Shown here: positions 8,867 through 17,678 of the stretch, piece by piece
Numbering within the stretch: the first letter of the stretch is position 1
Layout of the letters: each line of letters starts with the position of its first letter
IMG/VR virus record: IMGVR_UViG_3300027571_000588
Location: 1 to 43,053 of that record
Strand: one strand, 5' to 3'
Length of the DNA: 43,053 nt
Origin: a virus
Lineage: Duplodnaviria; Caudoviricetes
The notes under the pieces: generated by a model
Told to the model about the DNA's origin: nothing
The model's input: the letters and a program-made list of their open reading frames with translations, nothing else
Databases searched by the model: none
Made by a program: the position numbers and the translations under genes

Positions 8867-9273
8867 AGGTAGGATTTACATGTAGTGCATTTGACTTGTT
8901 ACACGCAGGTCATGTACAAATGTTACGTGAAGCAAAAGAACAATGCGATTATCTTATATGCGGATTACAAGTTGACCCAAGTTCAGATAGACCTGAAAAG
9001 AACGCACCTATACAAACTGTTGTAGAACGTTATACGCAATTAAAGGCTGTAAGTTATGTAGATGAAATCATTCCTTACGGTACAGAACAAGATCTAGAAG
9101 ACATTTTAGAACTGTATACTATTAATGTACGCATACTAGGAGAAGAATATAGAGATAAGGAGTTTACAGGTAAGGATATTTGTAGACGTCGAGATATTGA
9201 ATTATTTTTTAACAATAGAGATCACAGATTTTCATCATCTAATTTACGAGAAAGTGTGGTGAATAGCAAATGA
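8863..9273 (+). CDS. Glycerol-3-phosphate cytidylyltransferase-like (TagD family)
   Basis: FDLLHAGH, ERY..L.A..YVD and RDHRFSSS motifs. Start moved to the ATG at 8863 (ATGA overlap, GAGG RBS). Confidence 0.9.
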   Translation: MKVGFTCSAFDLLHAGHVQMLREAKEQCDYLICGLQVDPSSDRPEKNAPIQTVVERYTQLKAVSYVDEIIPYGTEQDLEDILELYTINVRILGEEYRDKEFTGKDICRRRDIELFFNNRDHRFSSSNLRESVVNSK

Positions 9274-10043
9274 ATATTTTATTAACAGGGTCAAGTGGCT
9301 TTATAGGAAGTGAATTACTAAAGCGTCTAACAGTAAAGCATGGACACAATGTACATACAATTGATATTGCTGACGGTGTAGAACAAGACTTAATGTATTG
9401 TCAATTTCCAAAAGAATCTACAATTGATTTAGTAATACATTTAGCAGGTAAAAGCGGTGTACGTGAAAGCATCAAAGACCCTGCTAGTTATTGGCTAAAC
9501 AACATTGAAGCAAGCAGACGCTTGTTTAATGCTTACCCTGACACACGCATACTGTATGCAAGCTCTAGTAGCGCCTACGAGCCCGATCTAAACCCTTATG
9601 CAGCTTCTAAGTATTGTTTAGAAGAACTTGCATCACGTTATCCGGATACACTAGGTATGCGTTTTCATACAGTGTATGCAGATGTTTGTCCTAGAAAGAA
9701 TATGTTCTTTCAAAGACTACGCAATGATACATTAGAATATGCCACTAGGCATTATAGAGATTTTGTGCATTTACAAGATGTATTAGACGCTATTGATATA
9801 TTAATAGCAAGGCCAAAAGTAAATGGTATAATAGATATTGGTACAGGTGTTCCTGTCCGTATCCAAGACCTTGCACCAGAGGCTGCTGTTCGCCTAAATA
9901 CACCCGGAGAAAGAGAATATACTTGTGCAAACACAGAAAAAATTAAAGGACTAGGTTGGAAACCTAAATACTTTATAGAAAACTTCTTGACAAAAGAAGA
10001 TAAAGGTAATATAATAAACATTATAAACGGAGAACCCATATGA
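9270..10043 (+). CDS. NAD-dependent nucleotide-sugar epimerase/dehydratase
   Basis: TGSSGFIG, HLAG, SSS, YAASK and RDFVH motifs. Confidence 0.92.
   Translation: MNILLTGSSGFIGSELLKRLTVKHGHNVHTIDIADGVEQDLMYCQFPKESTIDLVIHLAGKSGVRESIKDPASYWLNNIEASRRLFNAYPDTRILYASSSSAYEPDLNPYAASKYCLEELASRYPDTLGMRFHTVYADVCPRKNMFFQRLRNDTLEYATRHYRDFVHLQDVLDAIDILIARPKVNGIIDIGTGVPVRIQDLAPEAAVRLNTPGEREYTCANTEKIKGLGWKPKYFIENFLTKEDKGNIINIINGEPI
9987..10015 (+). promoter_or_regulatory. sigma70-type promoter inside the 3' end of the epimerase gene
   Basis: TTGACA, 17 bp, TATAAT, just upstream of the clamp gene. Confidence 0.8.
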
Positions 10044-10768
10044 AAGATATTTTACAAGACATTGTCGCCCACACACATGCACTAGGCTTTTTAAGTTTAG
10101 TAAAAGTAACAAGCGATACAAACACAACAGTTGAAAGCATGGCCGAAGATAGATCTGTTATTTTAACAGCATCAACAAATAATCCTGTTGCAGAGTTTAC
10201 AGGTACGTTTGGTATGCCTAACTTAGATAAACTAAGTTTGCATTTAAAGAATCCTGAGTATCAGAAAGATGCTAAGATTGATGTAATACAAGCAGACCGT
10301 AATGGAGAAACTATTCCAACGCACATTCACTTTGAAAATGCGGCAGGTGACTTTGAAAATGATTATCGCTTTATGAACAAAGCAATCATTGAAGAAAAAC
10401 TTAAGACTGTTAAGTTTAAAGGCGCACAATGGAACGTAGAGATTACTCCAAGCATGGCTAGTATTGCACGTATGAAACTAATGAGTGCGGCACATTCAGA
10501 AGAGCCTACATTTAATGTAAAGACTACTGATGGCAACTTAGTGTTTAGTTTTGGTGATGCAAGTACACACGCAGGTGAGTTTGTATTCCAACACGGAATT
10601 GATGGATCGCTACAACACCAATGGAGTTGGCCTGTAGCACAAGTACAAAGCGTCTTAAACTTAGACGGCGATGTAACAATGAGCATTAGTGATCAAGGTG
10701 CTATGATGATTAGTGTAGATAGTGGTATGGTCAAGTATGATTATATCTTACCAGCACAAAGTAAGTAA
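10040..10768 (+). CDS. gp45: Sliding clamp / DNA polymerase processivity factor (gp45/PCNA-like)
   Basis: 242 aa, two repeated alpha/beta halves, PCNA-like C-terminus (GMVKYDYILPAQ), close to the polymerase. Confidence 0.65.
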   Translation: MKDILQDIVAHTHALGFLSLVKVTSDTNTTVESMAEDRSVILTASTNNPVAEFTGTFGMPNLDKLSLHLKNPEYQKDAKIDVIQADRNGETIPTHIHFENAAGDFENDYRFMNKAIIEEKLKTVKFKGAQWNVEITPSMASIARMKLMSAAHSEEPTFNVKTTDGNLVFSFGDASTHAGEFVFQHGIDGSLQHQWSWPVAQVQSVLNLDGDVTMSISDQGAMMISVDSGMVKYDYILPAQSK

Positions 10769-10784
10769 AAGAAAGAAATGTTTA

Positions 10785-11075
10785 ATGACGAGTTTTATTA
10801 TTGATTGGTGGAATGTTATAATGGATAGTGATAAGAATCCATTATCTAACATTAAGGATCTAAGAGTCCGTCACATGGTGATGCAAATACTAGCATGGAT
10901 GTGGTGTATTGCATTTACAGCAATGACTGGTACTTGGATGTACTTGGGTGCAAACATACTAATACACACATTACTATTAGGTGCTATATGTATAACAGTA
11001 GCAACATTTGAAGCTGCTAAACGTAAGCCTCAAATCTTTTACACATTACGTGGCAAAGGTGGCGAACATGACTAA
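10785..11075 (+). CDS. Membrane protein
   Basis: Start moved to the ATG at 10785. WNVIMD..KNPLSNI motif and two TM segments. Confidence 0.7.
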   Translation: MTSFIIDWWNVIMDSDKNPLSNIKDLRVRHMVMQILAWMWCIAFTAMTGTWMYLGANILIHTLLLGAICITVATFEAAKRKPQIFYTLRGKGGEHD

Positions 11076-11208
11076 CCCAAATGAACCGTATCACAATAAA
11101 GGTGCAGGACTAGCGTTCTTTATTATTGCATTAACAATGATTGGTATACCAGTTATAATTGGAACATCAATGGGATGGTTTAACTTGTTTGGCATACTAG
11201 GACTATAG
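11068..11208 (+). CDS. Small membrane protein, 46 aa
   Basis: MTNPNEPYHNKGAGLAFFIIALTMIGIPVIIG..., start moved to 11068. Confidence 0.6.
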   Translation: MTNPNEPYHNKGAGLAFFIIALTMIGIPVIIGTSMGWFNLFGILGL

Positions 11209-11217
11209 GAAAAATAA

Positions 11218-12834
11218 ATGAACAAAGATTTAACAGCAACACAAAATGATTATGCAACGTTCTTGCCTGCACTAAGCGGCTTTTATGCAACTTATGTAGG
11301 TAAGCAACGGTATGACGAGTATGTTGAAAAGAATCGTGTTCCAAGTAACTTTGCTAACGGTGTTGAGAGTTTAAACTATCTTAATAAGAACGAAGGTCAG
11401 TTTACATATAAATGGACATTGTATTCAGCTGGACATGCTGATTTAGATACAACTAAGGTTGTGCCTAAAGAAGATATGGTCCGAAATAGAGATAGAGAAA
11501 ATACTTGGCTATTAGGCGACTCAGGTGGTTTCCAAATTGGTAAAGGTGTTTGGGAAGGCGATTGGAAAGATCCTAACTGTCCTAAAGCACAAAAGAAACG
11601 TGATGGTGTTCTTCGTTGGATGGATGCTTATATGGACTATGGTATGGTGCTTGATATTCCGGCCTGGGTAGCACGTTCGCCAGCTGGTGCAAAAGCAACA
11701 GGCATTAGTACATATCAAGAAGCAGTAGTAGCAACACGTATTAACAATGACTATTGGATGAAGCATAGAACAGGCGCATGTAAGTTCTTAAACGTTTTAC
11801 AAGGTGAGAACTTTGATGACGCAGAAGACTGGTATGAGCAAATGAAAGACTATTGCGATCCAGTTAAGTATCCAGACAATCACTTTAACGGGTGGTCAAT
11901 GGGTGGACAGAATATGTGTGATGTTGAACTATTACTTAAACGTGTTGTTACATGTCATTACGACGGCTTACTACAAAGCGGCATACACGATGTAATGCAC
12001 TTCTTAGGCACAAGTAAACTAGAGTGGGCAACGTTGCTTACAGACGTACAACGAGCTGTACGTAAGCACTATAACCCAACGTTTATGGTTACCTTTGATT
12101 GTGCTAGTCCGTTCCTTGCTACAGCAAATGGACAGATTTATACATCAGTTGAAACGCCTGTACAAGGTAAATGGACCTATCGAATGGTTCCTAGTGTCGA
12201 CGAACTAAAGTATGCAACTGACACACGCACATTTAAAGATGCATCACTACAAGACGGTATCTTTAAAACATTTGAAGATAGTCCATTAAGTGACGGACTA
12301 CTAGTTAATGACATTTGTACATACGCTGTTGGTGACACTAATAAAATTGGTACTATCAAAGTACTTAAAGGCGGAGTTGATTTAGACAAAGCTGGTAATC
12401 CTTTATTAGATGCCGATGGTAACACAACTGTACGTGGTAAAGATTCTACAAGTTGGGATAGTTTTAGTTATGCTATACAAATGGGTCACAATGTGTGGAC
12501 TCATGTAAACGCTGTACAAGAAGCTAACAGACAATACGATGCTGGTAATACTCCCAAGATGTTAATGGGTAGTAAGTTCCAAGTACAAACAATACGAGAC
12601 ATGATTAACGAAGTATTTGAACAACCTACTAAAGAATTATCGTTAGCTAAGATTATAGAGTATCGACCTTTTTGGATGCAAGTTCCAGGTACGCGAGGCG
12701 CAATTGGTAAGAAGACAATATCCGCTAAGCCAATGTTTGATAAACTATTTGATCAACCTGAAACAGAAACCGACGATGTTGAATTTGATGAAACAAAGTT
12801 AGAGGAATTGACAGATGAGCAACTTCACAAGTGA
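11218..12834 (+). CDS. dpdA: tRNA-guanine transglycosylase-like DNA deazaguanine transglycosylase (DpdA)
   Basis: TGT-family motifs GDSGGFQ, MVLDIP, VLQG, HFLG and TFDCAS. Co-located with queD/folE/queE in a phage. Confidence 0.8.
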   Translation: MNKDLTATQNDYATFLPALSGFYATYVGKQRYDEYVEKNRVPSNFANGVESLNYLNKNEGQFTYKWTLYSAGHADLDTTKVVPKEDMVRNRDRENTWLLGDSGGFQIGKGVWEGDWKDPNCPKAQKKRDGVLRWMDAYMDYGMVLDIPAWVARSPAGAKATGISTYQEAVVATRINNDYWMKHRTGACKFLNVLQGENFDDAEDWYEQMKDYCDPVKYPDNHFNGWSMGGQNMCDVELLLKRVVTCHYDGLLQSGIHDVMHFLGTSKLEWATLLTDVQRAVRKHYNPTFMVTFDCASPFLATANGQIYTSVETPVQGKWTYRMVPSVDELKYATDTRTFKDASLQDGIFKTFEDSPLSDGLLVNDICTYAVGDTNKIGTIKVLKGGVDLDKAGNPLLDADGNTTVRGKDSTSWDSFSYAIQMGHNVWTHVNAVQEANRQYDAGNTPKMLMGSKFQVQTIRDMINEVFEQPTKELSLAKIIEYRPFWMQVPGTRGAIGKKTISAKPMFDKLFDQPETETDDVEFDETKLEELTDEQLHK

Positions 12835-13015
12835 ACACAATAAAATAGCAGGTTATTTACAAGAGCTATACGAAAAGCATAGAATACTTGACGAAGAAAT
12901 AAAAGTGTTGTATAATACATTTGCAAATGATAGTGAAATTAACCGATTAAAAACTAAAAAACTTTGGTTTAAAGACGAGATACATCGACTAGAAACGAGG
13001 CTAAAAACAATATGA
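12815..13015 (+). CDS. YdcH/DUF465-like small coiled-coil protein
   Basis: L.EKH..LDEEI......I..LK.KKL..KDEI pattern. Confidence 0.75.
   Translation: MSNFTSEHNKIAGYLQELYEKHRILDEEIKVLYNTFANDSEINRLKTKKLWFKDEIHRLETRLKTI
12888..12916 (+). promoter_or_regulatory. sigma70-type promoter (intragenic)
   Basis: TTGACG, 17 bp, TATAAT. Confidence 0.65.
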
Positions 13016-13530
13016 AACGTGATTATGAAAATGGTGTAAGTGATACTCCGATATTCTTCACAGGCGTAGAAGTTGAAAAGACTCCTGCATTTGGAATGAA
13101 GACATTGTTTGTTACTGGTGTTCAAAACTATAACGAGATTATGGAATACTATACAAACGAACAATGTGAACATATCTTCTTTGGTGCTAACCATTCATAT
13201 AATCCTAAGACTTCAGATAATTTTGAAGACTGGGATCTAATGATTCGTGCGTTTACAGATCAAGGTATCCTTTGTAGTTTAGATATTCCAAGTACTATTA
13301 ACTTAGAATGGTTCTTAGACGGCGGCTTAGTTGAGAGCGATTATTTTATTCCGCAACTACGTGTTGTAGTACCTTATGTTAAACAGTGGAACTATAACAC
13401 AATGATTAAAATTGACGATAAGGACTTTAAAGCAACTAACCCCGGTGTTTGGTGTCATAGCCTGCACGATTTAATGGATAGAGAAAAATTTACTGATTGG
13501 AGTAAATATTCTCTTGACAAACCCTTGTAA
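13012..13530 (+). CDS. Conserved hypothetical protein in the deazaguanine cluster
   Basis: 172 aa between dpdA and queD. GVEVEKTPAFG, IFFGANHS and TNPGVWCH motifs. Confidence 0.8.
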   Translation: MKRDYENGVSDTPIFFTGVEVEKTPAFGMKTLFVTGVQNYNEIMEYYTNEQCEHIFFGANHSYNPKTSDNFEDWDLMIRAFTDQGILCSLDIPSTINLEWFLDGGLVESDYFIPQLRVVVPYVKQWNYNTMIKIDDKDFKATNPGVWCHSLHDLMDREKFTDWSKYSLDKPL

Positions 13531-13542
13531 AGAAAGTATACT
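13514..13542 (+). promoter_or_regulatory. sigma70-type promoter
   Basis: TTGACA, 17 bp, TATACT, ending 6 nt before the ATG at 13549. Confidence 0.8.
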
Positions 13543-13548
13543 AATACT

Positions 13549-14028
13549 ATGCAAGAACGTTATTATGATTATATGTTAAGACGCACTAGAGAGGAAAACA
13601 AAAAAATGAATGATGAAAGCACACTAAATAATGCTACTAGAAGTATATGGGTAACCTTTAATAAAGAAGGTGTCCATAAGTATCCAGGAGCAGATAGTGA
13701 TCCAAAGTTGGCGACCGGTGATTGGGATGATGTTTCGTTCCTTGGTATTATGCATCGTCATATTTTCCACTTCCGGGTGCGTATCGAAGTGTTTCACAAC
13801 GATAGAGACATCGAGTTCATCCAGTTTAAACGCTGGCTTGAGCGACTTTATCAAAACATTGACAGTAACTCGTCGGTGCTCGATCTAGATTACAAGAGCT
13901 GTGAGATGATTGCAGATGACTTGTATAAAGAAATTTCTAACAAATACCCCGGCCGGTTTGTAGAAATTAGCGTTGCAGAAGACAACGAAAACGGCTGTAC
14001 AATTTATTACCCCAACCCTAAAACTTAA
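13549..14028 (+). CDS. queD: QueD-like 6-carboxytetrahydropterin synthase (T-fold)
   Basis: EGVH, HRH Zn-binding motif, RDIEF, SCEMIA and EDNENG. An alternative start at 13606 has a GAGG RBS. Confidence 0.75.
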   Translation: MQERYYDYMLRRTREENKKMNDESTLNNATRSIWVTFNKEGVHKYPGADSDPKLATGDWDDVSFLGIMHRHIFHFRVRIEVFHNDRDIEFIQFKRWLERLYQNIDSNSSVLDLDYKSCEMIADDLYKEISNKYPGRFVEISVAEDNENGCTIYYPNPKT

Positions 14029-14055
14029 AGTGCTATTGATAGAGGATATTAAAAA

Positions 14056-14289
14056 ATGGCAATCGACTTTAATAAGCCGGCTTATGACAAAATTTTTCGA
14101 GACTTGGAAAACTTCAAAGATTTTTGTCGCTATGTTGGTGACGCAAAAAACGTGGCTTTTCACTTCAATGAAAAGGATTTGTACAACGATCGCTCTTATG
14201 TATGGCGTTCATACCAAAGGCATGTTAATCACCTTAAAGCGAAAACTCGCTCTTCAGGTAAAAATTATAACAACAAACGGAGATACTGA
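14056..14289 (+). CDS. Hypothetical protein
   Basis: GAGGA RBS, 77 aa, TGATG overlap with the next gene. Confidence 0.7.
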   Translation: MAIDFNKPAYDKIFRDLENFKDFCRYVGDAKNVAFHFNEKDLYNDRSYVWRSYQRHVNHLKAKTRSSGKNYNNKRRY

Positions 14290-15350
14290 TGACTATTCAT
14301 ATTGTAGATATTGAGGCTGTAGATACACGCTACACTAAGCAATGGAAAGAATACCTTCCAAGGCAACTCAAGAGATCTACAAATGAAAATGTAAACGTCA
14401 TTAGTGGCGGGGATACTCCTCAGGCAACTACGCCTGGGGCGTTCCTCAACTTTGGTGGTACTAACGTTTATAAAAGTAAACAACTAGAACAAATAGGCGA
14501 AATGTTTTGTAATGGTAAAGTGTCAAATGGTGATTACTTTCTATATACAGATGCATGGAATCCTACTGTTGTACAATTAAAGTATATGGCAGAACTACTA
14601 GGTGTTGATATTACTGTTGGTGGCTTATGGCATGCAGGGTCTTATGATTCGCAAGACTTCTTAGGTAGACTTATAGGTAATAAACCTTGGGTTAGACATG
14701 CTGAAATGTCAATGTTCGAATGTTATGATGATAACTTCTTTGCTACAGACTTTCATATTGATATGTTTACAGATGTATTTGACGAAGACTATGCATTAGA
14801 CTATGACAAAATAAGTCGTGTAGGATGGCCTATGGAGTATCTAAAAAATAGTTTGGATAGTTATAAAGGTATGGAAAAACGTAACCTTATACTTTTTCCA
14901 CACAGAGTTGCACCTGAAAAGCAAGTTGATATTTTTAATGACTTAGCACAACAACTACCTGAATACGAATTTGTTGTATGTCAAGATCGTGAACTTACAA
15001 AGAACGAATATCACAATTTACTAGGCGAAGCAAAAATGGTGTTTAGTGCTAACTTGCAAGAAACACTTGGCATTAGTTGGTACGAAGGAGCATTAGTTGA
15101 TGCTATTCCTATGATGCCTGATAGACTCAGCTACAGTGAAATGGCACTGCCTGAATTTAAATATCCTAGTAAATGGACTGAAGACTATACAACATATAGA
15201 AAGCATCGAGGTGAAGTTGTTGACAAGATACGTAACTATATGGAAAACTATTCCGACTATTTGGTTAGTTTGGAAAAGCAACGTAAGTCACTTAACAAAG
15301 ATTTTTTCAGTGGTAATTCTTTATATGAGAGGATTAAAGATGGGAGATAA
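14289..15350 (+). CDS. GT-B glycosyltransferase (GTDC1/QTMAN-like C-terminal motifs)
   Basis: FPHRVAPEK, ETLGISWYEG (EX7E) and P..PDRLSYSE motifs. Confidence 0.85.
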   Translation: MTIHIVDIEAVDTRYTKQWKEYLPRQLKRSTNENVNVISGGDTPQATTPGAFLNFGGTNVYKSKQLEQIGEMFCNGKVSNGDYFLYTDAWNPTVVQLKYMAELLGVDITVGGLWHAGSYDSQDFLGRLIGNKPWVRHAEMSMFECYDDNFFATDFHIDMFTDVFDEDYALDYDKISRVGWPMEYLKNSLDSYKGMEKRNLILFPHRVAPEKQVDIFNDLAQQLPEYEFVVCQDRELTKNEYHNLLGEAKMVFSANLQETLGISWYEGALVDAIPMMPDRLSYSEMALPEFKYPSKWTEDYTTYRKHRGEVVDKIRNYMENYSDYLVSLEKQRKSLNKDFFSGNSLYERIKDGR

Positions 15351-15693
15351 TTTTAATTATTCATTCAGTGGCGATGATAGTAGTACTATTACTATAGACA
15401 CAAGTTCTTGGGATGATAGTTTTACTACTAGTCCTTCATCTATATATACTAATGACTCGTTTACATTTACAAATGCGTTAGACGGAAAATACGGGCTTTC
15501 TGTTGAAGGTGAGTTAAAAGTAGATGGCATAGACGTTATGCAATCTATTAAAGATATACAACGTGTACTAGGTGTTGTAGGTAGAGATATTGAGAAAGAA
15601 GAAAAGTATGCAGGCCTAAAACGTGCCGCAGAAGCATATGAACGTGAACTAGCAAAGATTGAAACTTTTGAAGCACTGAAAGAGAGCAAATAA
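15340..15693 (+). CDS. Hypothetical protein (Ser/Thr-rich N-terminus, coiled-coil C-terminus)
   Basis: Start moved to the ATG at 15340 (GAGGA RBS). Confidence 0.7.
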   Translation: MGDNFNYSFSGDDSSTITIDTSSWDDSFTTSPSSIYTNDSFTFTNALDGKYGLSVEGELKVDGIDVMQSIKDIQRVLGVVGRDIEKEEKYAGLKRAAEAYERELAKIETFEALKESK

Positions 15694-16157
15694 TGTTTAA
15701 TTTTTTTAAAGACCGTAAACGTGTAATTAAAGATAGAGATAGTAACGAGCCGTACTTAGTTCGTTGGTATTTGTTTCTTAAGGACAGAAAGAACTTTCCG
15801 TTCAATGTCACTCTGCACAAAGTTTTAAAAAGCGACGAAGCAACGTTACACGATCATCCTTGGAGTTATGCAACACTTATACTTAAAGGTGGTTATTGGG
15901 AAAATGTTCCTGTTGTAAGTAAAGAAGGTAACATAGTAGGATCACGTGGTATTTGGCGTGGGCCAGGACACTTTAGATTTCGTAGGTCGGATGACTTACA
16001 TTTTTTGACTTTAGAGAAAGACAGTAAAGGAAATGAGATACCTTGCTGGAGTTTATTCTATATGGGCAAAAAAGCAAAAGAATGGGGCTTTGTACCATTT
16101 GTACAAGGCATTGGTTATAGATGGCAAAATAGCGAAGATTACCTCGCTAAGGAGTAA
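15693..16157 (+). CDS. Cupin-like protein (HDHPW family)
   Basis: LH...SD....HDHPW....ILKGGYWE motif with a downstream His. Confidence 0.75.
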   Translation: MFNFFKDRKRVIKDRDSNEPYLVRWYLFLKDRKNFPFNVTLHKVLKSDEATLHDHPWSYATLILKGGYWENVPVVSKEGNIVGSRGIWRGPGHFRFRRSDDLHFLTLEKDSKGNEIPCWSLFYMGKKAKEWGFVPFVQGIGYRWQNSEDYLAKE

Positions 16158-16163
16158 AGTAAA

Positions 16164-16430
16164 ATGAGCGAATATGACGAAGAAGTTGAAAATCAAAGGT
16201 TGAAGCTAGAAGCAATAGAATGGGCTAGTAAAGTTAAGTCTGTTCATGCACATAGTCTTACATCGTTATGGTATGAAACAAACCCTGAAGACATTGAGCA
16301 AGGTGGCGTTGTAGATGTTGAATATAACAGCGGTATCATTGAACGTACTTTAAAAGATGGTACGCAAAGAACAATTGGAAAAGTTCTTTCAGAAGATGAG
16401 TTGGTAAACGAATATACAAGGAAAACATAA
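16164..16430 (+). CDS. Hypothetical protein
   Basis: AAGGAG RBS, 88 aa. Confidence 0.7.
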   Translation: MSEYDEEVENQRLKLEAIEWASKVKSVHAHSLTSLWYETNPEDIEQGGVVDVEYNSGIIERTLKDGTQRTIGKVLSEDELVNEYTRKT

Positions 16431-16434
16431 TACT

Positions 16435-16995
16435 ATGATTAAGAAACATTATTACAGTTGGCGCCATGTTGAAAAAATGTGCATAGATATTTCTATGCAG
16501 ATGCAAAAAGATAATTGGAAGCCTGACTATATTGTAGGTATTACAAGAGGCGGAAACATTCCTGCAAGTATTCTTAGTCACATGCTAGGTGTACGTTGCG
16601 AAGCTGTTAAAATTAGTTTGCGTGATGACGATAGTGAATGTGAAAGTAATACTTGGATGTCATCTGATGCATTTGGTTACGTAGACGAAGAAGATCGTGG
16701 CACTTATAAAAGTCGCTGGGACATAGCTAAACGTAAAAATATACTTGTAGTCGATGATATAAACGACTCGGGTAATACACTTAACTGGCTACAACAAGAT
16801 TGGATGAATAGTTGCTTACCTGATGAAGCATCATGGAGCACTGTTTGGGGTCGCAATGTAAGATTTGCTACACTAACTGAAAATCTTGCAAGTACGTTTC
16901 ATGGTGTACAATATTCTGCACATGAAGTTAACAAAGCAGAAGATGATGTTTGGTTAGTTTACCCTTGGGAAATAGTAGGTAAGTATGACGCTTGA
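16435..16995 (+). CDS. Type I phosphoribosyltransferase (xanthine/guanine PRT-like)
   Basis: GITRGG, PRPP-binding loop ILVVDDINDSGNT, and WLVYPWE. Confidence 0.9.
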   Translation: MIKKHYYSWRHVEKMCIDISMQMQKDNWKPDYIVGITRGGNIPASILSHMLGVRCEAVKISLRDDDSECESNTWMSSDAFGYVDEEDRGTYKSRWDIAKRKNILVVDDINDSGNTLNWLQQDWMNSCLPDEASWSTVWGRNVRFATLTENLASTFHGVQYSAHEVNKAEDDVWLVYPWEIVGKYDA

Positions 16996-17359
16996 TACAT
17001 TAGAACAAGCTCAGCAAGAAGGCAGAGCACCATGGGATAACGTGTACTTAGATACTAGAGACTTTGTAGTATACGAAGACAAGTATCCTGTAACTGAAGG
17101 ACATTTGTTAGTAGTACCTAAAGTAAATGTTATGGATTGTGTAGAAAAATGTTTTAAGTTTGCTATGTCAATGGGAAACGATAATGTTACAACAACCAAG
17201 AATAACGTTACTGGTTATAATATTGGCCTAAATATAGGTACTAGTGCGGGGCAAACAGTAATGTATCCGCATGTACATTTAATCTTCCGTCGTGATGGAG
17301 ACATGGAAGATCCGAAAGGTGGCGTACGAGGCGTCATTCCATCTAAACAAAAATACTAA
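16985..17359 (+). CDS. HIT family nucleotide hydrolase
   Basis: YPVTEGHLLVVPK and AGQTVMYPHVHLI (first triad His replaced by Tyr). Confidence 0.9.
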   Translation: MTLDTLEQAQQEGRAPWDNVYLDTRDFVVYEDKYPVTEGHLLVVPKVNVMDCVEKCFKFAMSMGNDNVTTTKNNVTGYNIGLNIGTSAGQTVMYPHVHLIFRRDGDMEDPKGGVRGVIPSKQKY

Positions 17360-17372
17360 AAGGAAAGGAACT

Positions 17373-17579
17373 ATGGACTTGAAGGAACAAATGATCAAAG
17401 CGGCAAGACTACATGCCGAAGCAGAGATAGAATTGCATAAGACTAACGTCGAAGTATACATGCAAAAAGTTGTAGGTATTGGTGAACACTCTGATATTGT
17501 AGAAACAATTCAGAAAGAACTAGATGCTATGTCTACAGCACATGATCGTCTTGAAATGTTAAACACATATTTTGCATAA
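17373..17579 (+). CDS. Small helical phage protein
   Basis: Start moved to 17373 (AAGGA RBS). VGIGEHSDI motif. Confidence 0.75.
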   Translation: MDLKEQMIKAARLHAEAEIELHKTNVEVYMQKVVGIGEHSDIVETIQKELDAMSTAHDRLEMLNTYFA

Positions 17580-17584
17580 TATTC

Positions 17585-17613
17585 TTGACAAAAACCTAAA
17601 TACAATGTATAAT
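17585..17613 (+). promoter_or_regulatory. sigma70-type promoter of folE-queE
   Basis: TTGACA, 17 bp, TATAAT. A CTAAATA late-type box also sits in the spacer. Confidence 0.85.
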
Positions 17614-17637
17614 ATAAGTTATATTGTGCATTGTATT
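17599..17637. repeat. 19-bp-arm inverted repeat overlapping the folE -10 box
   Basis: AATACAATGTATAATATAA-G-TTATATTGTGCATTGTATT, with 17 Watson-Crick pairs and 2 G-T pairs. Confidence 0.9.
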
Positions 17638-17678
17638 ATTAACGGCAATCCACTGCCTAAACATCGGAGATTAAAAAA

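Noticed and set aside
11218-12834. Housekeeping tRNA-guanine transglycosylase (tgt)
   Set aside because: It lacks the C-terminal CxCxxC zinc motif of bacterial Tgt, and the phage replication context favours a DNA-acting DpdA. tRNA activity is not formally excluded.
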